A DNA stretch of 64,000 bases from IMG/VR virus record IMGVR_UViG_3300013286_000009, positions 1 through 64,000 of that record. One strand, 5' to 3'. The notes beneath the pieces are model-generated. The model ran no database searches. It saw only the letters and a program-made list of their open reading frames with translations, and was not told the DNA's origin. Position 1 is the stretch's first letter; each line of letters begins with the position of its first letter. Below, piece after piece: positions 8,424 through 20,690 of the stretch. Made by a program: the position numbers and the translations under genes. The DNA comes from a virus.

Positions 8424-11400
8424 TTACTTTGAAAGACCTTTGATTGCACCAGTATTTTCTAAGCGCATCGGAATGTAAATAAACTCCGCTGCCTTCACTG
8501 GTTCAATTGCTACGTCAAGATGTAATTCACTGCGGTCTATACGAGCAGGTGTATTGTTTGATGTGTCGCAAACCACTAGGTAGTCATAGATAGCACGTTG
8601 TCCAACTAGTTCTAACAATAAACTTTCCGCAGAATTTTTAATTTCATTACGTGTAATTGTATCGTTTGGTTCAAACACAAATGGTTTTGCCAATACTGTA
8701 AATTGACGACGTAGGAAAATTATTAAACGTGCTACGTTGATACGATCTAAACTACTTGCCGCCAATTGACGTGTATATTGTCCGTATGCAACTAATCCTG
8801 TACCGCTAATAAATGTTATAGGATTAACGTGGATCGCTGCCAATGCGTCGCGCTGTCCGCTATTTAATGCTACTGAATAGAATTCGCCAGTATTTCCAAC
8901 ATATCCGACTGCTGAAGCATTTGTAATTCCACCACGACGTGTACCGGCTGGTGCAAACCATGGATAAGAAACATTGTCGCTTAGAGCAATAGTGCGCAAC
9001 ATCATGTGACTCGGTGGAACTGCAATATTGTTTCCTTTATTGTCAGTTGAATAGCCCCATGGATAGTAAACGCCTAAATATGGATCTGTAGTTGTTAAGC
9101 CTGCTTCCCCATTGCCAACTGATTTAGCTGTGTTATTGCCCCAGTTGCTTAAACTTGTAGCATCTGGTGTCAAACGGGCTGGCGTATCTGCAACTACAAA
9201 ACTTTGAATACCGCGATCATAGTTCAATGAAACCATTTCGTCGATTAGTTCTGTATAGCCAGGTGCCGCAATCAAGTTATATGTTAATGAATCTTCATCC
9301 CGTATATTTTGATTACCTGAAATTAATGCTGCCAATGCTTGCACAACTACTGCACGTTGAGCTTTACGACCAAAAGTGCCAGCGCCATTCGCTTGATTAG
9401 CCGCTTGGCTTACCCATGCATTTGCAAAATACGAAGTTTGATTTTCGTTAGACCAGCTACGTGGGTTTTTACCTTGTGTGTTAACATAGTTGCGAACATA
9501 TTTCTTAACGTTGTATCCGCTACGACGTAAGTTGAACAGCAACATGCCTTTTGGATATTTGGCAGGATCTGGAGCATCATAATCTAAGAAATCGCTGTTC
9601 ATCATAGTGATAATACTATCTTGAGTACTGTTTAATCCAGTGCTGTTCCAACGAGCATCGGCAAATATAATACCGTTTTCAGTTGTGTTATCTGTTTTAT
9701 CTAGTACAACCCATTTCACACTGCTTGCATTCCAAACACTGATCTTAGGATAATTTTCTAAATCGCTTGAATCAATCCACAAATCACCTTGCACTAATGC
9801 AGTGCCGTCTGATTGTAGTGTTGGAGTTGTGCTTGATACTATTGGACCGTTTGGATCTGTTGCATTAGTCGTAGCGTATGCCGATACGTTGTTTAAACCA
9901 TAATTAAATGATGCACCTGTACGTGCTGTGAAGTTATAATTGTTTAAACCTCTCCAATGGGTACCGTCATTAACTAAAATATCTGTATCAGTAATTATAT
10001 TGTTATACCATAATTGCTGATCTGCTGTTACTGTTGTTGGAGTAGTAGCACTTGCACTGTATGTTAAACCGTCAGTTGCATTGGTATCCAATGTTTTCCA
10101 GTTGCTCATCTGTCCAAAACTGTATGTTGCTTCTCCCGCCGGCACAGCGTAGAAATTAGCAGTTGTTCCTGTAACTAGTCCCGATTTAGCCAACGGCGTA
10201 TTTGTTCCGTCAGCCAAGCGAACAATTCCGCCGGCTGCATGAGTGATAACAACTTGGTTACTGCTATTCACGCTGGCAGTTATATTAGCAAATCCTGCAC
10301 TGTTGATAGCGCCTGCAAATGCAGTAGCATCGGCTGTTCCGCTTGTACCAGTTGCAGTAAACGTCACTGTCTTGCCGGAACCTTGCGATCCTGCAAATGT
10401 GTAGTCGCCCAAATATGCTGAACCTACAACGCTTTCAATGGCCGAAAATGTATTTGAACCGCCAGTAAATGTTGAATTTTTAATAATTCCAGTAGTTACT
10501 GTAGTAGGCCCTGAATTCAAACGACGGTGGATTTTAAAATCTACCACAGTTGGGTTTGCGCCATGGCTGTTATATTCGCTGTCATTGTATTTTACATACA
10601 ACGCACCGACTGGAATATTAAGTCCGCCACCTGCTGGATCTAGTCCGTAAAGAGCGGCTGAACTTGTTGCATATAATGGAGCATTTAGTTGTCCAAATGT
10701 TGCTGTAGTGGTGTTATATAACCAAACAGCCCAGTTTGCACCCAAGTTAGGATAAGTTGATTTAACCCATACACTTCCTGTTGGACGTGGATTAGAATCT
10801 GTTAATTTGTAAGCCGGTACACTAGTATGAGATTGTATACTTAACAATGGAGAATAATAAGTAGAAATTCCACCGTCTGCAGAAGTCAAACCAATTTGAT
10901 AAGCCAAGTCCGAACCTGAAGTGCCCTGAATTATTAATTTATCAACAGTTCCATCACAATAAATTGACACTTGATTATTGCTATTGACACTAGCAGTAAC
11001 TCCTGGAATTTTGCCAGTAAGTGCTGAAACAAAACCTGCAAATGTTGTAATATTAGCAGTTGTTCCGCCAATAGTAATAAATGTTTCTGTTTCTACGGCT
11101 GTCATCAATGCGCCGCTGGCAGTTGTCAATGCAAATGGAACAGCATTAGCTGTATTAGATGCGCTAATTGCAAAATAATTACCTGTTACAGAAATAACAT
11201 AGTATGTTGTTCCTGAAACAATGCTACCAAATACAGTTCCGCCAAACACAATTGGATCTCCAACTTGTAATGGGGTAGTAATAGTAGCTGTAATTACGTT
11301 ACATGGGGTTCCAGTAGTAGTTGTTACTGTACCAGTTGCCGCATAACTGGCAGTTGTTAATGTTACTGGAATTCCGCCAGGTGTTAAACTAATTGCAAAG

Positions 11401-12377
11401 TTACTGGATGTTAAATTAGCTGACAATACATAGTATGCTGTGTTTGCAGTAATGCCGTTACCAGTTACAGAGAATGAAACAATATCGCCGGCGAACAATG
11501 TGTTTGTTGCCGCAATTAAATTGTTTGCTGCCGCGGTAGCTGTTGTAGTAAGTGATCTACCAACAGTGGTAGCACTTGGTGTTACACTAATGCTCGGAGC
11601 AGTACCGTTGTATGTTGGACTAATTTTTAATGAGTATGCGGCAGTTAATGTCTGTGAAGATTTTGTACTAGTCACTGTTGGCCAGCTGGATGTCCATGCA
11701 TTTGAACCAACTTGCACCCATGTGCCTGAATAATTTTTAAACCATAATCTGCTAAGAACAGGTTGACTAGCACCGGAATATGTTGTCACAGCATATGAGT
11801 TAATTGCGCCAATGCTTGACAATGGAGCATAGTTGTTACTTGCATCCAGTTTAGCGGAATCACTAATAACTACTGGTACACGATTTGTAAATGTTTGGCC
11901 GCCTGTTGTACTTGCAGAATTTGCATTCCATTCAAATACACCAAACGCTGTATCAGTAGTGTCGAACCAATATGTTCCTGCGGCAGGAGCTCCTGCCGGG
12001 ATAGTACTAGTACCAACTAGCTGTGCTGTGTTAATATCTGCGCGAACAACATACGCACGGCTACTTACACCTAAATAACTGTATGCGGCTTGCAATCCAT
12101 ATTCATTTAGTTCACCTGCATGAACTGGATTATTGTTAGCATCAGTTTGAAAGTAAGGTGTACCAAATGTATTGCCCAAGTCCATTTGACTGGTCATTAA
12201 ATACACATCGCCTGCGTTTGCTTTTAAGGTACCTGAAGCAATTCCAGTACCTGCTGAATTCGTTTTATTTTCTTGGGTTGCAACAAAAATTAAAGGTGTT
12301 GTCCCTGGGGCTGCTGGTGTGTAGAACGACTCGTCTACTACTGTAACCGCTACGCCTGGTGAACCGAGTGTGGCCAT
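8424..12377 (-). CDS. Tail sheath protein (gp18-like) with large insertion domains
   Basis: N-terminal SPGV.V..VDES, C-terminal WFAPAG.RRG, VNPI, LDRINVARL, FVFEPND, IEPVKAAEFIYI; GGAG SD. Confidence 0.95.
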   Translation of the reverse strand: MATLGSPGVAVTVVDESFYTPAAPGTTPLIFVATQENKTNSAGTGIASGTLKANAGDVYLMTSQMDLGNTFGTPYFQTDANNNPVHAGELNEYGLQAAYSYLGVSSRAYVVRADINTAQLVGTSTIPAGAPAAGTYWFDTTDTAFGVFEWNANSASTTGGQTFTNRVPVVISDSAKLDASNNYAPLSSIGAINSYAVTTYSGASQPVLSRLWFKNYSGTWVQVGSNAWTSSWPTVTSTKSSQTLTAAYSLKISPTYNGTAPSISVTPSATTVGRSLTTTATAAANNLIAATNTLFAGDIVSFSVTGNGITANTAYYVLSANLTSSNFAISLTPGGIPVTLTTASYAATGTVTTTTGTPCNVITATITTPLQVGDPIVFGGTVFGSIVSGTTYYVISVTGNYFAISASNTANAVPFALTTASGALMTAVETETFITIGGTTANITTFAGFVSALTGKIPGVTASVNSNNQVSIYCDGTVDKLIIQGTSGSDLAYQIGLTSADGGISTYYSPLLSIQSHTSVPAYKLTDSNPRPTGSVWVKSTYPNLGANWAVWLYNTTTATFGQLNAPLYATSSAALYGLDPAGGGLNIPVGALYVKYNDSEYNSHGANPTVVDFKIHRRLNSGPTTVTTGIIKNSTFTGGSNTFSAIESVVGSAYLGDYTFAGSQGSGKTVTFTATGTSGTADATAFAGAINSAGFANITASVNSSNQVVITHAAGGIVRLADGTNTPLAKSGLVTGTTANFYAVPAGEATYSFGQMSNWKTLDTNATDGLTYSASATTPTTVTADQQLWYNNIITDTDILVNDGTHWRGLNNYNFTARTGASFNYGLNNVSAYATTNATDPNGPIVSSTTPTLQSDGTALVQGDLWIDSSDLENYPKISVWNASSVKWVVLDKTDNTTENGIIFADARWNSTGLNSTQDSIITMMNSDFLDYDAPDPAKYPKGMLLFNLRRSGYNVKKYVRNYVNTQGKNPRSWSNENQTSYFANAWVSQAANQANGAGTFGRKAQRAVVVQALAALISGNQNIRDEDSLTYNLIAAPGYTELIDEMVSLNYDRGIQSFVVADTPARLTPDATSLSNWGNNTAKSVGNGEAGLTTTDPYLGVYYPWGYSTDNKGNNIAVPPSHMMLRTIALSDNVSYPWFAPAGTRRGGITNASAVGYVGNTGEFYSVALNSGQRDALAAIHVNPITFISGTGLVAYGQYTRQLAASSLDRINVARLIIFLRRQFTVLAKPFVFEPNDTITRNEIKNSAESLLLELVGQRAIYDYLVVCDTSNNTPARIDRSELHLDVAIEPVKAAEFIYIPMRLENTGAIKGLSK

Positions 12378-12412
12378 ATTGTGATCTCCGGTGAATACAA
12401 GTTTCCTACATG

Positions 12413-12420
12413 TATTTATA
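12413..12420 (-). promoter_or_regulatory. Perfect T4 late promoter TATAAATA upstream of the sheath gene
   Basis: TATTTATA on the plus strand; a divergent TAAATA at 12477-12482 precedes the HNH-like gene. Confidence 0.7.
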
Positions 12421-12486
12421 GATAATTGGTTAATTTGTGGCGCTATAACTAGTTTTGAAAAGGTTTAAAAAAGGCTTAAATATCAC

Positions 12487-12813
12487 ATGCGATCACTTTG
12501 TTCATGCGGCCGTGGGCCCGTAGCCATAAATTACTATAAAGAAGGACAGGCATACTATAGAAGTCGATGTGGTGCTTGTTTACGAGGCGTAAAAATAGCC
12601 CGATGGCAACAAGCAGGCTATAATATGAAAAATACTTGTGACAAGTGCGGGTTTAAAAGTCCGTACAAGGAAATATTTTCAGTGTTTCATGTAGATGCTA
12701 ATTTAAATAACTGCATACACACCAATCTTAAGACGGTATGTGCAAACTGTCAGCGTGTCCTACATAAAGAGGGGATTCGGTGGAGACAAGGCGATCTTGT
12801 ACCAGACCTTTAA
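12487..12813 (+). CDS. Zn-finger/HNH-like protein
   Basis: Cys pairs CSC, CGAC, CDKC and CANC; HVD..N..N...NL.TVCANC; the final His position is Gln. Confidence 0.7.
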   Translation: MRSLCSCGRGPVAINYYKEGQAYYRSRCGACLRGVKIARWQQAGYNMKNTCDKCGFKSPYKEIFSVFHVDANLNNCIHTNLKTVCANCQRVLHKEGIRWRQGDLVPDL

Positions 12814-13426
12814 CCTTAGACATTAAGTCATCGATAGTACTATCATTGAATAGTACTGCATCAAAATTAGTTCCAACCCATGCTGTTTCGCTAGCATGAA
12901 TTCCTATTTTTTCTAATCTGCTACGACTAGTAGCCCATGCAAAATTACCACTTTCTCCACGATTTGCGTTGACTGCATCGTCATACCAATCAGGCAATTC
13001 GCCCCGGCGGACCCATACGATAATTCCGCCTGCGGCTTTAATTGATTTAATTTCGTTAGGAAAACGACAGTCTGAAATAACAATATCGTCTGTACTGTTG
13101 CGTAGTTTATTTTCCAAGCTAGCGATCCAGATATCATCATGGAATGCTTTGCGGCATACTTCAGTACCCCACAGTTGAAGCATCAACCGAGGAGTCAAAT
13201 TAGGCATATTCAAACGCTTTGCCCACCATGGGTCCACTTGTTCGCGCCATTCACGGGCTTGTTTTGTGCGACCTTCCAACATGGTTCTGTCCCAACCAAA
13301 TACTTGTGCTACTGCGTCTTTTAAACTGTTAGCAAAACTTTCTCGTCTAAAGCCATGAAAGTTAGTAAGATAATCGGCAATTGTATCTTTGCCAGAACCA
13401 ATAAAACCGCACACACCTATAATCAT
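12728..13426 (-). CDS. Deoxynucleoside monophosphate kinase (T4 gp1-like)
   Basis: IIGVCGFIGSGKDT P-loop, FANSLKD, PR.MLQ.WGTE..R, ISDCRFPNE, HASE; AGGAGG SD. Confidence 0.92.
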   Translation of the reverse strand: MIIGVCGFIGSGKDTIADYLTNFHGFRRESFANSLKDAVAQVFGWDRTMLEGRTKQAREWREQVDPWWAKRLNMPNLTPRLMLQLWGTEVCRKAFHDDIWIASLENKLRNSTDDIVISDCRFPNEIKSIKAAGGIIVWVRRGELPDWYDDAVNANRGESGNFAWATSRSRLEKIGIHASETAWVGTNFDAVLFNDSTIDDLMSKVKGLVQDRLVSTESPLYVGHADSLHIPS

Positions 13427-13448
13427 AGAGCCTCCTGAAAGTAAGTCT

Positions 13449-13477
13449 AGTATATAACAGTTTTATTACAATGTCAA
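13449..13477 (-). promoter_or_regulatory. sigma70-type early promoter
   Basis: TTGACA-17 nt-TATACT on the minus strand upstream of dNMP kinase. Confidence 0.85.
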
Positions 13478-13478
13478 A

Positions 13479-14048
13479 TTATTTGTTAACCATTCTAATA
13501 TCCATTGCTATGGATATCCTATCATCCCCAGAAATGTTTTTTGACACACTATGAACCAACCATCCGGGAATAATTACTAGTTTGCCCGTGGCTGGAGGTA
13601 TAACCCACGAAGTTGAATTAAAGACATTTGGCTCTTCTACTAACGATGACAAAATATAATGCTCTAATGGTATCACCGGAGTATGCACTATCAAGTTTCC
13701 ACTCACTGCTCCAGATGCCTTTACATAGTATACTGCGGCAAACACATAACCTGGGTGACAATGTTTTACATCAATGGCCGAAGTGTTATCAGTATTGGCC
13801 CAAGCACGGTCGATAACCAGCTCAGCATTTCGAGATAAACCCAGTGATCTCCACAACGAATTAACTCTCACCAGGGTAGCATCGAGTAGATCTGTTATTA
13901 CAGGATCTTGCAAATTGACAAAATCAGATTGATTGTTTGGAACTAGCTCTTTTGCCACTGCTTGTTTGCAAAATTTTTCCAATGATATATTATCTAAAGT
14001 TAGATAATCTGTTACAATTGGGGTGGTAAAAATATGCTGTAGTTCCAT
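13479..14048 (-). CDS. 2OG-Fe(II) oxygenase-fold protein (TIGR02466-like)
   Basis: WAN...HCH...AAVYYV, IPGWLVHSV, DRISIAMD. Confidence 0.85.
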   Translation of the reverse strand: MELQHIFTTPIVTDYLTLDNISLEKFCKQAVAKELVPNNQSDFVNLQDPVITDLLDATLVRVNSLWRSLGLSRNAELVIDRAWANTDNTSAIDVKHCHPGYVFAAVYYVKASGAVSGNLIVHTPVIPLEHYILSSLVEEPNVFNSTSWVIPPATGKLVIIPGWLVHSVSKNISGDDRISIAMDIRMVNK

Positions 14049-14072
14049 AGAACTTCTCCGTGATTAAACTAC

Positions 14073-14101
14073 AGTATATTGTTGTTTGACTAGAATGTCA
14101 A
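14073..14101 (-). promoter_or_regulatory. sigma70-type early promoter
   Basis: TTGACA-17 nt-TATACT on the minus strand; a TTGAC/GTCAA inverted repeat (14086-14101) overlaps the -35. Confidence 0.85.
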
Positions 14102-14107
14102 GAGTTT

Positions 14108-14899
14108 TTACCCTAATATAAAAGTCATTGGCTGTCCGCCAGCAACTAAATCTCCCAATTCTTTTTCAAGTTTTTCGATTTCTTTGTCGCCTTCCTGTTT
14201 CAGCGCACTGCCATTTAATTGTGTGCCGCTTTGTGGGCCAACAATACTGGCAAATTTACCACGTGCTTCGCCTAGCATCAGTTTGCAAGTGGCTAGAGTA
14301 TAATCGTACAACCACTGTTTGGCATACATGTCTTGTAGAATAACAAAATCAGGTCGGAAATTGTCAGTACGAATTAATACCTGTTCGCCTTGTGCGAACG
14401 GACGTTGTAGTAAAGTTAACATGTGCTTGGTTGGATTCCATGCAAATTCAATATAACTACCAAATATACGACCTAATAACTTTTGATATCCGCTATACAT
14501 TTCGTAAGTTGCAATGCCGCCTAGCTGACTGCTGTTCATCAAATAAGTATTTGTATAGGCCAAGTTGAACGGTTCAAACAAACTGCCGCCTGCGCCTTGG
14601 CCAGTTCTACTACCTACACTACGACGGAATACTGTTCGAACGTTGATAATTTCATTGGGTAAAATGTACTCGTTTTGATCTACAAATAGTTCTAAAAACA
14701 AGTAACTTTCTTCGGTTGCGCCTGGACTACGTTGTCTAAACTTGGCAATGGCTCTGTTAAGAGCTGTTTCGTAGTGTACTGGGTCAAGCTCTACCTCAAC
14801 CATACCATTACCTAACATATTTTTAACATAGTCAAAAACTTTATTTCGCTCGGCTGTTGCGGTTGTAAGGGCAGGGTCTGTAGGGTAAATATCGGCCAT
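14108..14899 (-). CDS. Neck protein (gp13-like)
   Basis: VEVELD..HY, WLYDYTLA.CK..LG..RGKF, LNG..LK.EG..EIEKLE.EL; start MADIYP with GGAG SD. Confidence 0.85.
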   Translation of the reverse strand: MADIYPTDPALTTATAERNKVFDYVKNMLGNGMVEVELDPVHYETALNRAIAKFRQRSPGATEESYLFLELFVDQNEYILPNEIINVRTVFRRSVGSRTGQGAGGSLFEPFNLAYTNTYLMNSSQLGGIATYEMYSGYQKLLGRIFGSYIEFAWNPTKHMLTLLQRPFAQGEQVLIRTDNFRPDFVILQDMYAKQWLYDYTLATCKLMLGEARGKFASIVGPQSGTQLNGSALKQEGDKEIEKLEKELGDLVAGGQPMTFILG

Positions 14900-14916
14900 A
14901 TTGGTTTCTCCACTCA

Positions 14917-14936
14917 TATTTAGCATACGATAAATA
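14917..14936. promoter_or_regulatory. Back-to-back divergent TAAATA late motifs
   Basis: TATTTA at 14917-14922 (minus) and TAAATA at 14931-14936 (plus). Confidence 0.65.
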
Positions 14937-14941
14937 TCACT

Positions 14942-16108
14942 ATGCCACGAATATCCTTATACAAACCCGAAAGAGGGTCAGACTTTAAATTTATGGATCG
15001 CCAAGCTAGCGAAATGTTCCAACTTGGCGGAACCGACATTTATTTGCACAAATATCTAGGAGCAAATACCAGCTCTGAAAATGCTACTGCCGCACAACCG
15101 CATTATGCTACTGATAATGTTACAAATATACAAGACATGTTATTGTTAGAAAATCGTGATAGAAAATATGAGCCTGAAATTTACAGATTACGTGGTTGGT
15201 ACAACGTACAAAACATTGATTTTAACCTAAGCCAATTTGGGCTGTTTATCGATAACGATACAATCTACATGACTGTACATATTAATGATTTTATCAAATA
15301 CATAGGACGTAAACCTGTTAGTGGTGATGTGTTTGAACTGCCGCATCTGCGTGATGATTTTGCATTGAATGATTTTGATGTAACTTTACCCCGATACTAC
15401 CAGATTACTGATGTAGGCCGTGCTAGTGAAGGTTTTAGTCCAACGTGGTATCCGCATTTATACAGATTAAAGTGTACAAAGATTACAGACAGCCAACAAT
15501 TTGCCAGCATTCTTAGTTTGCCTGCCGATGCAGATAATCCTACCGGCCCAACTATACAAGATATTCTTAGCACTCGTGCTAAAGATTTAGTAATTAATCA
15601 AGCAGTTATTAATCAAGCAGAGTCCGATGCGGCCTTAAGCGGTTATCAGACCAGACAATTTTATACAATGGCAGTTGATCCTAAAACTGGAAAACCCATT
15701 ATTAAAACAGCCGACGACGCTGACCTCGATGCTAGCGGAATAGATGCTACTGCGGCAGATGTTGATGGTACTCCAACCCGCAGTGGTTATACTGGATACT
15801 TGCTGGGTGACGGTGTTGCTCCAAATGGAATACCAAATTTTGGTGCAGATATTCAGTTTCCATCTAGCGCAGAACAAAATGATTATTTTTTAAGAACAGA
15901 TTTTATGCCAAATAGACTATTCCGATTTGACGGAACACGTTGGATTAAAGTTGAAGATAGTGTACGTATGACTATGACTAATAATGATACTCGTCAAACA
16001 CTAAAAACCGGATTTATCAACAATACAAATACAAATGTTATCGGCGGAACAACTGTTACTGAACGTCAACCGCTATCATCAGCACTTAAACCCAAGGCGG
16101 ATCTATAA
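14942..16108 (+). CDS. Neck/head-closure protein (gp14-like)
   Basis: D.LLLENRDRKY, LSQFGLFIDND, P.SGDVFELP; divergent from the gp13-like gene. Confidence 0.7.
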   Translation: MPRISLYKPERGSDFKFMDRQASEMFQLGGTDIYLHKYLGANTSSENATAAQPHYATDNVTNIQDMLLLENRDRKYEPEIYRLRGWYNVQNIDFNLSQFGLFIDNDTIYMTVHINDFIKYIGRKPVSGDVFELPHLRDDFALNDFDVTLPRYYQITDVGRASEGFSPTWYPHLYRLKCTKITDSQQFASILSLPADADNPTGPTIQDILSTRAKDLVINQAVINQAESDAALSGYQTRQFYTMAVDPKTGKPIIKTADDADLDASGIDATAADVDGTPTRSGYTGYLLGDGVAPNGIPNFGADIQFPSSAEQNDYFLRTDFMPNRLFRFDGTRWIKVEDSVRMTMTNNDTRQTLKTGFINNTNTNVIGGTTVTERQPLSSALKPKADL

Positions 16109-17559
16109 TGCAATATTTTTACGATGGGCAAATTCGCAGATACTTGGTACAGACTATCAGACTGTTCAGTAATTTTACAGTCAAATACGGCGACGGCACA
16201 CTACATCAGATTCCAGTTAGCTATGGAGACCCGGATCGACAAGCGGCCGCTATCACTAGACAAAATAGTGAAAATGCTATTCAAAGTGTGCCGCGTATAG
16301 CTGTGCATATTAAAGATTTGCAATTAGATCGTACTAGATTAGCCGATGCAACTTATGTTGGAAAAGTACATTTACGTGAACGCGACACATATACTGATCC
16401 AGTAACAGGTAATCTAACTTACAGTGATGGTCAAGGTAAAAATTATACTGTTGAGCGTTTAATGCCGACACCATTTAAATTAACCTTAAGCGTTGATATC
16501 TGGTCAAGCAGTACCGAACAAAAATTACAAATACTTGAACAAATACTAGTTCTGTTTAATCCCAGTTTGGAAATACAAACGACTGACAACTATATCGATT
16601 GGACCAGTTTAAGTGTACTAGATTTAACGCAAGTACTATGGTCAAGTAGACAAGTACCGGTTGGTACAAATGATGCCATAGATCTAGCTACACTAACTTT
16701 AGAAGCGCCTGTGTGGATAAGTCCTCCTGCTAAGGTGAAAAATCTTGGTGTCATTGCCACTATTATTACTAGCATTTACGGAGCGGTAGGTGGTGACCCA
16801 GTAAATCAATATATAGAAGGGCTTGGAGTTGACATCATGGGAAATGACCCTACCATGAGCGATTTACTCAGTACACAATATACTACAAATACTGGAAATT
16901 TTGGAGTATTGCTACTAAACAGTACTGCTCAGATATTAAATCCTGGTAGTAATGTTAGCGCATCAAATGATAGTTTAACTGTTCCAGTTAATTTAAGTGT
17001 TCCTATCAATTGGCAGGACTTTTTAGCAGGTTGCAACGGTAGTTACCTAGCAGGTTCGAGTAAAATATATTTTAGACAAGCTACTGGATTTGAAGTGGGC
17101 GGAACTTTCACAATAAATTCATTGGATAATACCACTATTATAATAGTACTAGACTCGTCTACATATCCGAGCAACAGTATGCTCGCACCTTCCAGCGGTA
17201 ATAATAGGGCTAACGGATCCAGTGCAGGTACATTTGATGCTATTATTAATCCCATGACTGTATATCCTGGAAATGGTATGAGTAATTTACATGCAGGGGA
17301 TAGATTTTTAATTATAGAAGACATCGGCGCTATTGGAAATACTACACAAGCATGGGGCAACTTTGTAGCCAAAGCAAATGATATAATTGAATGGAGTGGT
17401 TCTGCATGGACTATTGTGTTTGATTATACTCAGAATTCCAACACCCTGCTATATCAAACGAATATATACAGTGGAGTCCAATATAAATGGAACGGCGTAA
17501 GCTGGGTTAAATCGTTTGAGGGCGAGTACGGGGCAGGTTTATGGAGAGTAGCACTCTAA
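16108..17559 (+). CDS. Tail terminator/sheath stabiliser (gp15-like) with C-terminal extension
   Basis: YFYD.QIRRY....I.LF, IPVSYG, P.P.KL....DIW, QILEQILVLFNP. Confidence 0.8.
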   Translation: MQYFYDGQIRRYLVQTIRLFSNFTVKYGDGTLHQIPVSYGDPDRQAAAITRQNSENAIQSVPRIAVHIKDLQLDRTRLADATYVGKVHLRERDTYTDPVTGNLTYSDGQGKNYTVERLMPTPFKLTLSVDIWSSSTEQKLQILEQILVLFNPSLEIQTTDNYIDWTSLSVLDLTQVLWSSRQVPVGTNDAIDLATLTLEAPVWISPPAKVKNLGVIATIITSIYGAVGGDPVNQYIEGLGVDIMGNDPTMSDLLSTQYTTNTGNFGVLLLNSTAQILNPGSNVSASNDSLTVPVNLSVPINWQDFLAGCNGSYLAGSSKIYFRQATGFEVGGTFTINSLDNTTIIIVLDSSTYPSNSMLAPSSGNNRANGSSAGTFDAIINPMTVYPGNGMSNLHAGDRFLIIEDIGAIGNTTQAWGNFVAKANDIIEWSGSAWTIVFDYTQNSNTLLYQTNIYSGVQYKWNGVSWVKSFEGEYGAGLWRVAL

Positions 17560-17990
17560 GAGATAAAATTGTATGTAGTGGCGCATTAATATACGCTAGA
17601 AATACTCATAGGTTTTTACTTTTACAGAAAGCTCGCGGTAAACATCAAGGTACTTGGGGACTAGTAGGCGGAACTACTATAGAGGGTGAAAATCCTTGGC
17701 AAGGTCTCCAGCGCGAAATAGTTGAAGAGATTGGATCTCTTCCTAGCATAATTAAAACAATCCCGCTTGAAACATTTGTCAGTAATGATGCTGTGTTTAA
17801 TTTTCACACGTACTTGTGCTTAGTCGATGACGAATTTGTTCCTGTATTAAGTGACGAACATTGTGCATGGGCTTGGGGAATACTTGACCAATCCCCAAAA
17901 CCTTTACATCAAGGTTTAAAAAATAGTTTTTCAAACAAAGCTATGAGAACAAAATTACAAACAATTTTTGATTTAGTGGATTTAATATGA
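17541..17990 (+). CDS. Nudix hydrolase
   Basis: Nudix box GGTTIEGENPWQGLQREIVEEIG; EH..WAW and PLH. Confidence 0.9.
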   Translation: MESSTLRDKIVCSGALIYARNTHRFLLLQKARGKHQGTWGLVGGTTIEGENPWQGLQREIVEEIGSLPSIIKTIPLETFVSNDAVFNFHTYLCLVDDEFVPVLSDEHCAWAWGILDQSPKPLHQGLKNSFSNKAMRTKLQTIFDLVDLI

Positions 17991-18640
17991 AAATAGAAAC
18001 TAACACCCTTGAAAGGACAATAATTTTACGTATGCGCGGAGTTTTTACTAAAGAACAATGCCGTGAAATTTCTTTTCAAATATTAAAGTACAAAGAAGGT
18101 GGATCGGAGCCGCCCGAATTTAATAGAAATGTTAACTCCGGTTGCTGGATGGGCAGGCCGTTACAATTTAATGGATTTACTCCGGACATAGCTGAATTAA
18201 TTGAAAAAAGATTTCGTATGGCGTGTACTACCTACTACGAAAATCTTCCTAAACCTGAATTTATTTTAACAAACAGTCCTACAAATTTATACGACGAGGA
18301 TTGGACATTATTTTCCTGGGCTAATGTAAATAACCCGGGAGCTGAAAACAGAGAACATACCCATACCGGAAATATTGTAAGTGGTGTAGCATATTTTCAA
18401 TCTCAGGGTACTGGTATGCTAGAATTTATGCCTTACAATTACACTTACAAGATGTCACACCCAGCATGGCCCTATTATGGTGTTGCTGAGTACGAGCCCG
18501 GGGACGGGGATATTTTATTATTTCCTAGTTTTTTATTGCACAGAGTAAAGCCAAACCCAAGCGAGCATCAGCGTATTAACATGTCATTTGATGCTAAACT
18601 AGTGCCAGAAATGCAACTAAGGCACTATGCCGATAAGTAA
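17987..18640 (+). CDS. 2OG-Fe(II) oxygenase-fold protein (TIGR02466-like)
   Basis: WANVN...EHTH...SGVAYF, LFPSFLLHRV.PN, RINMSFD. Confidence 0.85.
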   Translation: MKIETNTLERTIILRMRGVFTKEQCREISFQILKYKEGGSEPPEFNRNVNSGCWMGRPLQFNGFTPDIAELIEKRFRMACTTYYENLPKPEFILTNSPTNLYDEDWTLFSWANVNNPGAENREHTHTGNIVSGVAYFQSQGTGMLEFMPYNYTYKMSHPAWPYYGVAEYEPGDGDILLFPSFLLHRVKPNPSEHQRINMSFDAKLVPEMQLRHYADK

Positions 18641-18672
18641 ATATTGTCTCAAAGCATAATTAAGGAGAAACG

Positions 18673-20635
<1,963 letters not shown>

Positions 20636-20649
20636 AAAAGCTCACCCGT

Positions 20650-20679
20650 AAAAAAAGGCAGGATCATCCTGCCTTTTTT
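20650..20679. terminator. Bidirectional intrinsic terminator
   Basis: AAAAAAGGCAGGAT-C-ATCCTGCCTTTTTT between convergent genes. Confidence 0.9.
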
Positions 20680-20690
20680 ATTGATTTAAA

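Noticed and set aside
2373-12377. Intein or intron in terL or in the oversized sheath
   Set aside because: terL has normal length, and the sheath insert has no intein termini or LAGLIDADG motifs and consists of virion beta-modules.
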